Shown piece by piece: positions 8,638 through 18,265 of a stretch of DNA of 58,953 bases (positions within the stretch are counted from its first letter, which is position 1; each line of letters starts with the position of its first letter). The notes under the pieces are model-generated. The model was given only the letters and a program-made list of their open reading frames with translations. It had not been told where the DNA came from and made no database searches. Origin of the DNA: a virus. Taxonomy: Duplodnaviria; Caudoviricetes. A program made the translations under genes and the position numbers. Location of the stretch: IMG/VR virus record IMGVR_UViG_3300009788_000015, positions 1 to 58,953 of that record. The stretch is one strand, 5' to 3'.

Positions 8638-9534
8638 TCAGGCCGTGGCTGCAGTCTTCGGCTTCGGCCGGGGTCCCCCGACCGTGGTCCCGGCGGCCTT
8701 TGCCATGGCGTCGGCGCGCTCCTTGCCGTGCTGGCGGACGAACGCGCCCTGCTTGGTCATGTTCCAGCGCCCCTCCTCCCCGTTCCACGGGTTGGCGCCC
8801 CCCGGGCCACCCCTGCCGGCGATCGAGTCCTTGGACCCACCCCCGACCGACTCGGGCCACCAATGCCTGCGCTTCTCCTGGATCTCCGTGAGCCAGGCCG
8901 TGGGGTCCAGGCCCGGGGTGATGCCGATGTTGTCGCGCGTCACGACCGCGCCGTCGTCCTCGCGGATCTCGAACACCCGGTCCCCGAGGAGCAGGGCGTC
9001 CTCCTGGGCGTCTGGCAGCACCTTGGAGGCCATCAGGGCCTTCCGGAGCGAGTCGTGGATGGTCCGGGTCTTGTCCGCCGCCTGGAACTTCGTGTTCTCC
9101 TCCAGGGCGACGTCGCGCTCCTTGGTCACGTCTTTCAACTTGCGTTCCACCGGGGCCAACTTGCTCTTGATGGTGCCCTCCACCCGGCGGTTGACGATCT
9201 CCTCGATCTGGGCCTCGTCGAGCTTGCCCTTGGAAGCCGCCTCGAGTTCAGGGATCCGGTCCAACTTCGTCGCCGTCTCGTCGTGCAGCTTCTTCCAGTC
9301 CTCGATCGGGGAGTCGGCGCCGACCGTGCCGTCCCCGAAAATGACCAGCTTCTCACGCAGGGTCGTCTTGTCGTTGGTGGCCTTACGCAGGCTCTCCTGG
9401 GATCGGTCGACGTCGGCCTGGGTCTTGACCCCCTGGATGCCGGTCAACTCAAACTTTCCGTTCTTCTCGGTGTAGAGGTCCTGGTATTGCTCGGGAATCT
9501 CGTCGAGCTTGTCGTGGACGTCCCTCAGAGCCAT
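8638..9534 (-). CDS. Capsid scaffold protein
   Basis: LDEIPEQYQDLYTEKNGKFEL N-terminus, coiled coil, HWWPESVGGGS...NPW C-terminus; directly upstream of MCP. Confidence 0.8.
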   Translation of the reverse strand: MALRDVHDKLDEIPEQYQDLYTEKNGKFELTGIQGVKTQADVDRSQESLRKATNDKTTLREKLVIFGDGTVGADSPIEDWKKLHDETATKLDRIPELEAASKGKLDEAQIEEIVNRRVEGTIKSKLAPVERKLKDVTKERDVALEENTKFQAADKTRTIHDSLRKALMASKVLPDAQEDALLLGDRVFEIREDDGAVVTRDNIGITPGLDPTAWLTEIQEKRRHWWPESVGGGSKDSIAGRGGPGGANPWNGEEGRWNMTKQGAFVRQHGKERADAMAKAAGTTVGGPRPKPKTAATA

Positions 9535-9594
9535 GCGTCACCTCCTGGGTTGTCTTCCTGCCGACTATCCCGTCGACCAGGAGCCAACTTGCTA

Positions 9595-10848
9595 TCACAG
9601 GAAGTCCTTCGGGTCCAGCCCGATAGCGCGGAATGCCGCGGCCTCGGTCTGGGCAAGCTGGTCCAGCGTGACCTCCTTGAAGGTCACCGGGTCAACGAAC
9701 TTGTCCAGCGTGAGGTTGCCGCGGCGGAACAGCGCACCCTTCGTCTTGCCCATCACGTCGTCCTGGAAGGCCGCGCTCTGCCTGCGCAGGAAGGTGGTGT
9801 AGTCAGTCTTCGCCGGGACGCGCCCGATGAGCTCACGCGTCCGCCGCCTCGCGAACTCGTCGAAAGCCCCCTTCGTGCCGCGCGGCAGGTTCGCACGGCG
9901 AGAACCGGTAATGCGCCCAAGGTCTTCCTGCGCGGCGAACTCGCGCACCAGGCCGCGCTCGGTGACGGGCTTCATCGGTCGGCGCCCAAGCGCCTCGGCG
10001 TCGAGGATGGCCACGCGCAGACTTCGCTCGTTGAAGTGCAGCGGCAAGACCGGGCCCTCGCCGATCGGGAACCGCCGGCCGTCCAGGCTCCGACAGATCG
10101 GCGTGGTGACGCCGTCCAGGGTGGCGACGAACAGCTCATCGTCAAAGTGTTCCCGGTTTGCCTTGTAGAACTCCGCGCGCGCACGGCTGGCGATCGCGTT
10201 GGTGGCCGTCCTGGCGATCGCCTCGGCCTGGCGCCTGGTGACCTCCGTGACGCCGTTGCGACCCCGCAGGTTGACCGAGCCCACGATCCTCCGGCTGATC
10301 TCCGGGATCGAGTCCCCCTGGACCAAGCCAATCTGAATCTGCGCCTCGATTCGGGCCAGGTCCGCCTGCGCTAGGTTCTTTGACCACTGGCGCATTACCT
10401 TGCCCTCGAAGGGCCTGGTCGTGACGATCGACCGCAGCAGTTCCGGCGCGGGCAGGGTGGTGGAGATCACCACCGGCACAACGGTCTCGGTGATGGCCGC
10501 CACGAAGGCCGGCTCGGCCAGGGCCAGCTTCACCATCTCATTCTGGAACAGCACCGCGACCTCAGCGTGAGACTTGCCGCGGATCTTCCGCACGTCCTTG
10601 AGGAGCTGCTGCAACCGGTGAACCTGGGCCGGCGTCTCCAGGCCGGTCTGTCCCCGCAGCCGGTCGCGGACCACCCGCCGGAGGTCGGACTCGGAGGCAT
10701 CGAGCAGCTCCTTGACCTTTCGCGCGACCGAGCGGTCGAACCGCAGGAGCCCGACCTGGTGTCGGATCATGGCGTCGAGGAACTCCTCGTTCGACGTCCT
10801 GATCGGCCCCGGCTGCTGCAGCTCGGGCTGTCGCTTCCGGCTGGCCAC
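9595..10848 (-). CDS. Head morphogenesis protein (SPP1 gp7 / Mu F-like)
   Basis: AIARTATN...FVATLDGVTTPICRSLDG...PLHFNERS motifs. Confidence 0.88.
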   Translation of the reverse strand: MASRKRQPELQQPGPIRTSNEEFLDAMIRHQVGLLRFDRSVARKVKELLDASESDLRRVVRDRLRGQTGLETPAQVHRLQQLLKDVRKIRGKSHAEVAVLFQNEMVKLALAEPAFVAAITETVVPVVISTTLPAPELLRSIVTTRPFEGKVMRQWSKNLAQADLARIEAQIQIGLVQGDSIPEISRRIVGSVNLRGRNGVTEVTRRQAEAIARTATNAIASRARAEFYKANREHFDDELFVATLDGVTTPICRSLDGRRFPIGEGPVLPLHFNERSLRVAILDAEALGRRPMKPVTERGLVREFAAQEDLGRITGSRRANLPRGTKGAFDEFARRRTRELIGRVPAKTDYTTFLRRQSAAFQDDVMGKTKGALFRRGNLTLDKFVDPVTFKEVTLDQLAQTEAAAFRAIGLDPKDFL

Positions 10849-10902
10849 CTATTTGGGCTTCGGCTTCGGTCGCGGCCGTCTGATCTTGATGTGACTAGAC
10901 AC
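10849..10902 (-). CDS. Possible 17-aa basic micropeptide MSSHIKIRRPRPKPKPK
   Basis: GTG with upstream GAGGA; exactly fills the portal-gp7 gap. Confidence 0.3.
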   Translation of the reverse strand: MSSHIKIRRPRPKPKPK

Positions 10903-12517
10903 CTTCGTCCTCCTCGCTCTCGTCGGGCTCGTCCTCTCCGTCCTCGTCCCCGTCTTCGTCCTCGCCATCACCTGGTGGGGGCTGGTCCCCGTCGTCCTCA
11001 GGCCCGTCCTCGGCCGTCGACCCGCCGCCGCCCAACTCGAGGCCGGCCTCCGCGACGATCTTGTCGACCTCCTCCTGGAACGACAGCTCCGTGAAGCCCC
11101 GGTCCTGCAACTGCTTGTGGATGCTCTCTAGGGAGATCGGCGCGCCGAGGCTCTTGGCGGTCATGAACTCCACGACCTGCTGACCGCTGATCTGGTCGTC
11201 GACGAAGTCCAAGTTGGGGGCCACGACGACCTGCTCGGGGTCCAATTTCAACCACTCGGCGACGATCTTCAAGAGCGACTCCAGGGCGAACGCGCCGGCG
11301 AGCGCGATCTGGTTGAGCGTCGCCGTCTTCGCTGCCACGCGCACGCGCAAGGCCTCGCCCGACTGCTGGTCGCCGCCGACGGTGTCGAGCAGTTGCCCGC
11401 CCTTCGCGCCCGCCCGGGTGTAGTCGTTCTCCAGCGACAGGCGCATCTCAGACAGCCCCGAGGAGTCAACGCCAATGAACTTCGCGTCGGCGCTCTGCGG
11501 GAGGTTGATGGACGCGCCCGCGCCCACGCGGTGTTCCTCGTCGTCCGTCGCGCCAATCACGACGAGGGTGTCCTGGCCCTGCAGGAACAGCGCCTGGCGG
11601 TAGTCCGCCTCGCCGCAGTAGATCGCGAGCGTGAGGTTCGACAGTCCGAGCAGCGGGGGGTCGTCCGGCTCCGGCGTGATGTCCTTGGTGTTGACGAACA
11701 CGAAGGGGATCTTGTTCAGCGTTTCCCCCCTGATCGAGGGGGTGATGAGCCGCGACGGCGTAAACGTGGTGTTGTTCTCGCGGAAGACGCCCATGCGGTA
11801 GACGCCCTCCCCCTCGGGCAGGTTCATCACCGGTTCTTCGCCCCCCTCCCCCGTGCCCGTGCCGCGCGCGTTGGGCCCCTGCACCGCGGCGACGGCCGCC
11901 TCGTCGGTCTCGTCCTTCAGCAGCAGCAGCACGCGGAACTTCTGCTGCTCCTCCCACTCGAAGTCGCCTATGCGCTCGTTCTCGGTCTCGTCGATCGAGA
12001 CGAAGTTGAGGTTCTGGACCTCGATGCCGTCACTGCGTCCCTCGTCCCAGTTGATGACGGTCTCGCCCTGGTTGATGACGAGGTAGGGCTTGTCCTTGCG
12101 CTCGCCCTTGTCGGCCACGTCGGCGAGCAGCCCGGCGCGCCCGGTGACCAGCTGTTCCTCGTTGATGCGCCGCAGGAACATCTGCAGCGACTCGTTGCGC
12201 GCCGTGGCGTCCTCGCGCATGAACTCCATCTTCTCGGGCAGCTCGATCGTCGCGGGCTTGTGATGCATCACGCCGAGCAACGCCTCGACCGCCTCACGCA
12301 CCAAGTCGGGGAATCGAGAGCGCTTGCGATAGGCGTCATACGCCTTGAACCCCTTCTGCTCGGGCCGTTCGAGGCCGTCCGCGATCATCCCCGCCGTCGC
12401 CGGCAGGTAGCGGAACGCCGCCTGCTTGACGATGCGCTCGCCCCGATACGTCTCGCGCATCTGCTGCAGGTCGGGCCGGTGCTCGTCGTAGAACGGGTGC
12501 TTGCTGTCGACTCCCAT
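10895..12517 (-). CDS. Portal protein (DUF4055-like)
   Basis: MGVDSKHPFY...YLPAT...IPFVFVN...PPLLGL...SGEALRVR; acidic tail; follows TerL. Confidence 0.9.
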   Translation of the reverse strand: MGVDSKHPFYDEHRPDLQQMRETYRGERIVKQAAFRYLPATAGMIADGLERPEQKGFKAYDAYRKRSRFPDLVREAVEALLGVMHHKPATIELPEKMEFMREDATARNESLQMFLRRINEEQLVTGRAGLLADVADKGERKDKPYLVINQGETVINWDEGRSDGIEVQNLNFVSIDETENERIGDFEWEEQQKFRVLLLLKDETDEAAVAAVQGPNARGTGTGEGGEEPVMNLPEGEGVYRMGVFRENNTTFTPSRLITPSIRGETLNKIPFVFVNTKDITPEPDDPPLLGLSNLTLAIYCGEADYRQALFLQGQDTLVVIGATDDEEHRVGAGASINLPQSADAKFIGVDSSGLSEMRLSLENDYTRAGAKGGQLLDTVGGDQQSGEALRVRVAAKTATLNQIALAGAFALESLLKIVAEWLKLDPEQVVVAPNLDFVDDQISGQQVVEFMTAKSLGAPISLESIHKQLQDRGFTELSFQEEVDKIVAEAGLELGGGGSTAEDGPEDDGDQPPPGDGEDEDGDEDGEDEPDESEEDEGV

Positions 12518-12520
12518 GGT

Positions 12521-12628
12521 TCAGTCCTCTCTCTTCCGCCTGTAGTAACGAAGCGCAGCGAGCACACCAGCGACGGCCACCACCACCCCGCATATGTGCT
12601 CGACATCGACGTGTATCCCTAAGACCAT
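12521..12628 (-). CDS. 35-aa single-TM membrane peptide (MVLGIHVDVEHICGVVVAVAGVLAALRYYRRKRED)
   Basis: ATG overlaps the TerL stop (TGATG); hydrophobic stretch followed by basic tail; fills the gap exactly. Confidence 0.5.
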   Translation of the reverse strand: MVLGIHVDVEHICGVVVAVAGVLAALRYYRRKRED

Positions 12629-14208
12629 CAGTACATCCCCACGGTCGAGCCGCTGCGCGCCTGCGTCCCGACGGCCCGCACGCGGTAGCGGACCTCGTCG
12701 CCGACGTGATCCTCCGCGTCGGTGTCCACGTCGTCCAGGTCGCGCTCGTCACGCGGCAGCGCTAGCACGGTGCGTAGGAACTGCCCGCACTCGCGCTCGA
12801 TGACGAACAGCCCGGGGAGTTCACGCGGCCCCTCCTTGTTGGGCTGCGCGTTGCGGATGAGCTTGCGCATCATCTCCCAGCCGAGCTTGCGCGAGCCCGG
12901 CCTCTTGTCCGCGGAGAGCCAGGAGACCCCCTTGTAGACCCGGCCCTCGATGCGGACAGGCTGCGCCATGTCGTGCGCGATGCACACGCCGTTCTCGACC
13001 ACGAAGATCGAGGAGTCGGCCGGCCCGGCCTTCACGCGGCAGTTCTCGCCCCTGCGCCAGCCCCACATCAGCTCCCTCTCGACGATCCCTTTGGCTATGT
13101 CGATTGCCAGCATCCGCAGGCCTTCGTTGGGCCTGCCCGTGAACCCGTACCACTCACGCACGCGGAACAGGTCGCCGCGCACCGTCGAGACCACGCGACC
13201 GTCGTCGAGGCGCAGGTCGGAGCCGTCGCTCTGCGCCCACCACCCGACCGAGAAGGGCCTGGAGCTACCCCAGTCGAACGCGCGGTCGAGCCGCCAGCTC
13301 GACGGCACCTGGAAGCTGGGCACGACGTTGCGCCGCTGGTCCCACACGTCGTCGAACATCCCGCCGGCGACGAAGTCCCACGACCCGTCGAGCCACGCGC
13401 GGGCCATGGCCTCGTTGGTCGCCGCGGCCGTGATGGTCTGCTTGTACTTCGGGTCGGCCTCGGTGAGGATCTTGTTCTCGTCGATGTGGCCGTGGATGGC
13501 GCAGCGAGGCGGCTCCTCGCGGCCGTCGATGTCGACGGGGCGCGCCCGCACCACCGTCTTCCACCACTGGCCGTGCAGGCCGAAGCGCTCCTTGACCCAG
13601 TTGTGCCCGACGCCGTAGGGGTTGGTCGTCGCGCGCACCATGCGGGGCACGCCCATCGTGCTCGACCGGCAGCAGGCGAACATGGACCGGTAGCACTCGT
13701 CGGTGTTCCAGCTGGTCAGCTCCTCCCAGCCCACGAAGGGGTACTCGTGGCCGTGATAGTTCCAGTAGTTCTCCGGGCGCGCCATGTGCCGCAGCAGCAG
13801 CATTTCGCCGTCCGGCCACTCCCACCGCATCCCCGAGCGGTTGAACTTGGCGCGGGGGAATATCTGGCGGAACCACTTCTCCGACTTAACCTGCACGTCG
13901 GCGAGCTGGGGGTAGGTCTGCCGGAAGATGACGCCGCGCCAGGCCGCGCCGTGCCCGGCGTCGACGTGCTGCGCGAACGCCATGAGCAGCCCGTCCGTCT
14001 TGCCCGGCCCGCGCGTGCCGTGGTAGAGCACCTCGAACAAGGGGCACTCCATGAACTCGGTCTGGCTGCCGGGCTGCGGCGCCCAGACGACCGGACGGCC
14101 GTCGACGACGCGGGGCCGCGACGGGAGCTCCTCCCCACGCGCCACCTCGAGCCGCGCGTCGAAGGCCTCCTGCTCCACCTCGGTGACCGTCGCGACGAGC
14201 TCGGTCAC
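12628..14208 (-). CDS. terL: Terminase large subunit
   Basis: PQPGSQ, Walker A GTRGPGKT, Walker B VGWEEL, ATTNPYG, nuclease AFDWG...EDHVGDE; likely GTG start at 14208. Confidence 0.93.
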   Translation of the reverse strand: MTELVATVTEVEQEAFDARLEVARGEELPSRPRVVDGRPVVWAPQPGSQTEFMECPLFEVLYHGTRGPGKTDGLLMAFAQHVDAGHGAAWRGVIFRQTYPQLADVQVKSEKWFRQIFPRAKFNRSGMRWEWPDGEMLLLRHMARPENYWNYHGHEYPFVGWEELTSWNTDECYRSMFACCRSSTMGVPRMVRATTNPYGVGHNWVKERFGLHGQWWKTVVRARPVDIDGREEPPRCAIHGHIDENKILTEADPKYKQTITAAATNEAMARAWLDGSWDFVAGGMFDDVWDQRRNVVPSFQVPSSWRLDRAFDWGSSRPFSVGWWAQSDGSDLRLDDGRVVSTVRGDLFRVREWYGFTGRPNEGLRMLAIDIAKGIVERELMWGWRRGENCRVKAGPADSSIFVVENGVCIAHDMAQPVRIEGRVYKGVSWLSADKRPGSRKLGWEMMRKLIRNAQPNKEGPRELPGLFVIERECGQFLRTVLALPRDERDLDDVDTDAEDHVGDEVRYRVRAVGTQARSGSTVGMY

Positions 14209-14411
14209 GGCACCCTCCACCCCAGCAGCTTGACGTAGACGTGCCACCCGCACTTGTGAACGACGCTGGCGTTCACCAAGCCCTCGTCGGTCACCTCGTG
14301 GTCGAGCACCGACGTCTGGCTGCACGTGGGGCAGCAGAGGATCACGGCCTCTTCCCCCCAGAGCGCCCACTGCCCGGGGCCAGGCGTCGTGCCGTCCTCC
14401 GCCCTGGCCAT
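14205..14411 (-). CDS. Small Zn-binding protein
   Basis: CCPTC...HKCGWH; fills the gap between TerS and TerL with coupled ends. Confidence 0.55.
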   Translation of the reverse strand: MARAEDGTTPGPGQWALWGEEAVILCCPTCSQTSVLDHEVTDEGLVNASVVHKCGWHVYVKLLGWRVP

Positions 14412-14422
14412 CTCTACTCGGT

Positions 14423-14941
14423 TCACCCGAGCAGCTCCTCGGCCTCCCTCTTCCCGCTGCCGTTGGCACCGGGGGCCGCGCGAGTGAGGTTCTTGACGCG
14501 CTGCTCCTCGATCCACTCCTCGGGCGTCCTCTGCGCCGGCGCCACCAGGACGCCCACCATGCTCGGCTCGACCTGGTGAATGAGCTTGTCTTCCTGTCGC
14601 CAACCGAACTGGCACTTCATGATGAACATCCCGCAGATGGCGGACTGGGGGTGCTTGTCGTCGGTGGCCTTCTTGAAGAGCGAGGCGGCGACCTTGGCCT
14701 TGACCTTCGAGCGGCCCGTCGCAAGCTCCTGCCGGAAGTGCTCCCGAAGGGTCTTGTCGGAGATCCCCTTGCCCGTTCGCGGGTTGAGGATGACGACCGC
14801 GACCTCCTCCTGAGTCATGCCCAACCCCGCCATCAGCTCGACCTGCTGGCGCTGCTCCGCCGTGGGCCGAAAGGGCGGCATGCCCTTCCACCGCCTGGCG
14901 CCCTGCTTCTTCGCCACCGCCTTCTTTCGACGCGCAACCAT
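14423..14941 (-). CDS. terS: Terminase small subunit (HTH)
   Basis: FRPTAEQRQQVELMAGLGMTQEEVA...ISDKTLREHFRQEL...KCQFGW; upstream of TerL. Confidence 0.78.
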   Translation of the reverse strand: MVARRKKAVAKKQGARRWKGMPPFRPTAEQRQQVELMAGLGMTQEEVAVVILNPRTGKGISDKTLREHFRQELATGRSKVKAKVAASLFKKATDDKHPQSAICGMFIMKCQFGWRQEDKLIHQVEPSMVGVLVAPAQRTPEEWIEEQRVKNLTRAAPGANGSGKREAEELLG

Positions 14942-14956
14942 GCTCCACCTCCTCTG

Positions 14957-16597
14957 CTAGCCCAAGACGTCCTCGATGACGCCGCGTTCGTGGACAACTT
15001 CGTCGAAGGTTGTATCACCCTTTCCGTCCAGCGTCGCGGTCCTCCCCGTCTTCTCCTGCCACCGGCGCACCACGACGTCCACGTAGGTCGGCTCCAGCTC
15101 CAGGCCGTAGCACCTGCGCCCGAACAGCTGGGCGGCCATCAAGGTCGTCCCCGTGCCCAGGAACGGCTCCAGCACCAGCCCGCCCTCGGGGCACGAGCTC
15201 ACCACCGCGCGCGCGATCATCCTGGTCGGCTTCGGCGTGGCGTGGCCGTAGCGGTCCTCCTCGACGACCCGCCCGAACTGCCAGACGTCGGTCATGGAGT
15301 CGTGGGCGTTGTCGAAGTAGGACCGAGCCTCGCACACCTGGGCGTACAGTTCCTGGTGGTAGACGACACTTCCTTCCTTGACGTCCGAGAACTGGTCGAC
15401 GAGCTCGTCGTAGCCGATGGAGAAGGCACCACCCTTCGCCGCGGCGCGCAGCTTGTTGTAGTTGGTCCTCGTGATGAAGTGGAACTGAGACTTGCCGAAC
15501 CAGTGCCCGGCCATGCGGGTGCCGGTGATCCGGTTGACGTCCCCGGCCTTCCAGCCCGCAGCGTCGCGCTGCCCGACCATCCACCGGCGCAGGGGCTCGT
15601 AGCCCTCCCAGTATTCGTCCTTGTTCTGGTTGCCGAGGAACTGCTGGCCCCGCATGAGGAACAGGCACCGCTCCGTCTCGGGGCTGTAGCTGTGCTGCCC
15701 CTCACCAGACATGCCGAAGCCAGAGCCTTTGGCCCACACGACCTCGTTGCGCACGTGCAGCTCGTCGACCTCGCTGAGCCCCGCGGCGTACCACAGACGC
15801 CACAGGTCCGGCGCGTTGCCCCAGATATACAGCCCGCAGTTCTGGCGCGCGTAGCGCAGCGCGAGCTGCAGCCACTTGAGCTGGAAGGCGTCGAGCTTGT
15901 CGGCGTAGAGGTTGTCGTTGGCGATGCCGTCGGCCTCCTTACCCATGCCGTAGGGCGGGTCGGCGTGGACCAGGTCGGCGAGCTCCTCACCCATGAGCTT
16001 GCTCACGTGGGCGGCGGTGGTCGCGTCGCCGCACAACACGCGGTGGTTGTCGAGCAGCCAGAGGTCGCCCGAGCGCGTGACCGCCACCTCCTCGACCGAG
16101 GTGAACTCGTCGGCGCCCTCCAGGCCCTTGGGGTCGACCACGTCGGGCTCCAGCAGGCTGGCCAGCGTCGAGGCGTCGAAGCCGAGCAGGTCGACGTCGA
16201 AGTCGTCCAGCGTGTTGAGCTCCCCGACCTCGACCTTCAGCAGGTCGGTGTCCCACCCCGCGCTGATGGTGAGCTGGTTGTCGGCGATCACGTAGGCGTG
16301 CTTCTGCGCCTTCGTCCAGCCCCGCGCCACGACGCACGGCACCTCGTCGACGCCGAGCTTCAGCGCGGCGAGCACGCGGCCGTGGCCGGCAATGATCCCA
16401 TCCTCCTCGTCGACCAGCACCGGGGTCGTCCACCCCCACTCCTCGATCGACGCGGCGATCTGGGCGACCTGCCGGGGCGAGTGGACCCGCGCGTTGTGGG
16501 CGTAGGGCACCAGGTCAGCGACTCGGCGACGGTGGACCTCCTCGGCGGGCCACCCGTTGGACTTCGACACCGGGCGCCGCTTCACCTTGGCCTTCAT
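14957..16597 (-). CDS. ParB-like N-domain fused to N6/N4 DNA methyltransferase (beta class)
   Basis: LVPYAHNARVHS...IIAGHGR (ParB); DPPY, HATPKP, EPFLGTGT motifs. Confidence 0.9.
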   Translation of the reverse strand: MKAKVKRRPVSKSNGWPAEEVHRRRVADLVPYAHNARVHSPRQVAQIAASIEEWGWTTPVLVDEEDGIIAGHGRVLAALKLGVDEVPCVVARGWTKAQKHAYVIADNQLTISAGWDTDLLKVEVGELNTLDDFDVDLLGFDASTLASLLEPDVVDPKGLEGADEFTSVEEVAVTRSGDLWLLDNHRVLCGDATTAAHVSKLMGEELADLVHADPPYGMGKEADGIANDNLYADKLDAFQLKWLQLALRYARQNCGLYIWGNAPDLWRLWYAAGLSEVDELHVRNEVVWAKGSGFGMSGEGQHSYSPETERCLFLMRGQQFLGNQNKDEYWEGYEPLRRWMVGQRDAAGWKAGDVNRITGTRMAGHWFGKSQFHFITRTNYNKLRAAAKGGAFSIGYDELVDQFSDVKEGSVVYHQELYAQVCEARSYFDNAHDSMTDVWQFGRVVEEDRYGHATPKPTRMIARAVVSSCPEGGLVLEPFLGTGTTLMAAQLFGRRCYGLELEPTYVDVVVRRWQEKTGRTATLDGKGDTTFDEVVHERGVIEDVLG

Positions 16598-16635
16598 GCG
16601 GGCGGAGGCTATCCCACGTTAGCTCGGATTGCACG

Positions 16636-16914
16636 TTAGCGGTGATAGGGACAGCGGAAGGCGCAGAAGTCCAGCAGGGACCAGAGCAGGGACTCCGGCA
16701 CGTTGACGTCGTGTGGCCCTTTTCCAAAGTCGGCGTGGCACCTAATCGTGCGTAGCTGCCGACCCTTCCACATCACCGTCGGAAGAGCGGCTACCTCAAC
16801 CCCCCGCTCCTCCATGGTCCTACCGAGGATCGGCTCGACCTCCGCGAACGCCGCGCGCGCCCTAGCTAGGCAGCGTTCTTCGTGCAGGCCAACACTGCGT
16901 CCACGATGCCTCAT
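16636..16914 (-). CDS. Hypothetical Cys/His protein
   Basis: ATGA coupling with upstream gene; C-terminal FCAFRCPYH. Confidence 0.55.
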   Translation of the reverse strand: MRHRGRSVGLHEERCLARARAAFAEVEPILGRTMEERGVEVAALPTVMWKGRQLRTIRCHADFGKGPHDVNVPESLLWSLLDFCAFRCPYHR

Positions 16915-17273
16915 ACGTACGCCGGCTCGCCCCGCCGACCCTCCATGATGTGTCTAGCCAGGATCAACCCGTTGGCCACGCCGTGGTCGTATACGTTGCC
17001 CCCTTCGCCCTTCGTGACCTGTGAAGCCGCCACCTCGGTGACCGCGCGGAGCCGGTCGAGTCTCTTCTTCAGGCGCAGTCGCATCGACTGTTCCCTGGCC
17101 CTCTCGGTCATCGCGGTCACGCGGAACTTCCTGTAGAGCGTGGAACGTGCGACGCCCAATAGCTTGGCAGCCTCCTTGAGGTCGCCCCTGGTGAGTTGAA
17201 TCGCGCGCGCCACGTGGTCGTCTGCGACTTCGTGTAGGGTCGGAAACTCGGCCTTCTCGCGCCGGTCATACAT
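16911..17273 (-). CDS. Fis-type HTH DNA-binding protein
   Basis: RAIQLTRGDLKEAAKLLGVARSTLYRK matches the Fis/NtrC HTH_8 signature. Confidence 0.75.
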   Translation of the reverse strand: MYDRREKAEFPTLHEVADDHVARAIQLTRGDLKEAAKLLGVARSTLYRKFRVTAMTERAREQSMRLRLKKRLDRLRAVTEVAASQVTKGEGGNVYDHGVANGLILARHIMEGRRGEPAYV

Positions 17274-17425
17274 CTCTTCCTTGCTGCAGCTGCGAGCGCA
17301 CGCGCTTCCTCGCGACCCAGCAAAACGGCGTCCAGCGGTACCCCTGGATGTAGATACGCTCCCAGGAGAACCACCTCCCGCCCGCGCGAGACCACCTCCC
17401 CAGCCTCGGTAAGATCACCCTCACG

Positions 17426-18139
17426 TCACTCGCCTCCCGGGATCAGCCCGTAGGCGTGCGTGGCCACGTAGCCCAGCTCGTTCTCCTCTGGCGCCTCGAC
17501 GACCAGCTGCACGTACATCGGGGCGGTGAGTCGGACCTGGCCGTGGACCTCCACGATGCCCGAGGTCGGCTGCCGGTGGAACCTGGGGCCGTAGTCCGTG
17601 ACCTGGAGCCCGGGGAAGGGCAGCACCACGTCGAAGGGGACCAGCTGCAGGACCGGTTCGTCGACGGTGTTCCAGTTCACCGGCTCCTCGAGGAGCGTGG
17701 GCGAGAACACCAGCCAGGCATCCCGCTCGGACACCCCCTCCTCGCCGCCGGTCGTGAACCAGATCGTCAACGTGGAGCTGCGCAGCACGTCGTCGCGCCG
17801 GGGCAGCAAGTGGACGATGACCTGCGGCGGCGGCTCGACGGTGGAGGTGCTCACCACTTGGTCCTCGGGAGGGAAGGCTCGGAGCTCATAAATCGGCTCG
17901 GCCATCGCGGGCGCGAGCTCGGCCCGCAGCACGCCCCGGGTGACCACGTCGGCGTCGACGGGCGGCGGCCTCCCCGCTGCCTGGTCGAGCAGCTCGCCGA
18001 GCGTCAGCGGCCGCTCCGGTTCAACCACCTGCTGAATGGGCGTGCAGGTGAAGGCCAGCGTCAACCAGATCACCGCCACCGTGGCCCAGAGCGTGCCGAA
18101 CAGCACCTTCGCCACGGCCCTCTCAGTTTGGTAGTTCAC
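17426..18139 (-). CDS. Membrane-anchored hypothetical protein
   Basis: GTG start with GGAGG; N-terminal TM VLFGTLWATVAVIWLTLAF. Confidence 0.6.
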   Translation of the reverse strand: MNYQTERAVAKVLFGTLWATVAVIWLTLAFTCTPIQQVVEPERPLTLGELLDQAAGRPPPVDADVVTRGVLRAELAPAMAEPIYELRAFPPEDQVVSTSTVEPPPQVIVHLLPRRDDVLRSSTLTIWFTTGGEEGVSERDAWLVFSPTLLEEPVNWNTVDEPVLQLVPFDVVLPFPGLQVTDYGPRFHRQPTSGIVEVHGQVRLTAPMYVQLVVEAPEENELGYVATHAYGLIPGGE

Positions 18140-18261
18140 GACTCCTCCAACACCCGCACGTGCAGGGCCTCGTCCACCCGACGCCCGCGCTGCCGCCAAA
18201 GGCAGAACCACAGTTGACCGTCCTCGGTGCGGTACCTAGTCCACAGGGTCTTCCAGAACAT
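18136..18261 (-). CDS. Small hypothetical protein (41 aa, Trp/Arg-rich)
   Basis: AGGAG RBS, coupled stop/start. Confidence 0.4.
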   Translation of the reverse strand: MFWKTLWTRYRTEDGQLWFCLWRQRGRRVDEALHVRVLEES

Positions 18262-18265
18262 CTGC

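Noticed and set aside
17270-17428. Frame staying open after the TGA at 17426 (possible readthrough or recoding)
   Set aside because: Isolated case; TGA, TAG and TAA all act as normal coupled stops elsewhere in the genome
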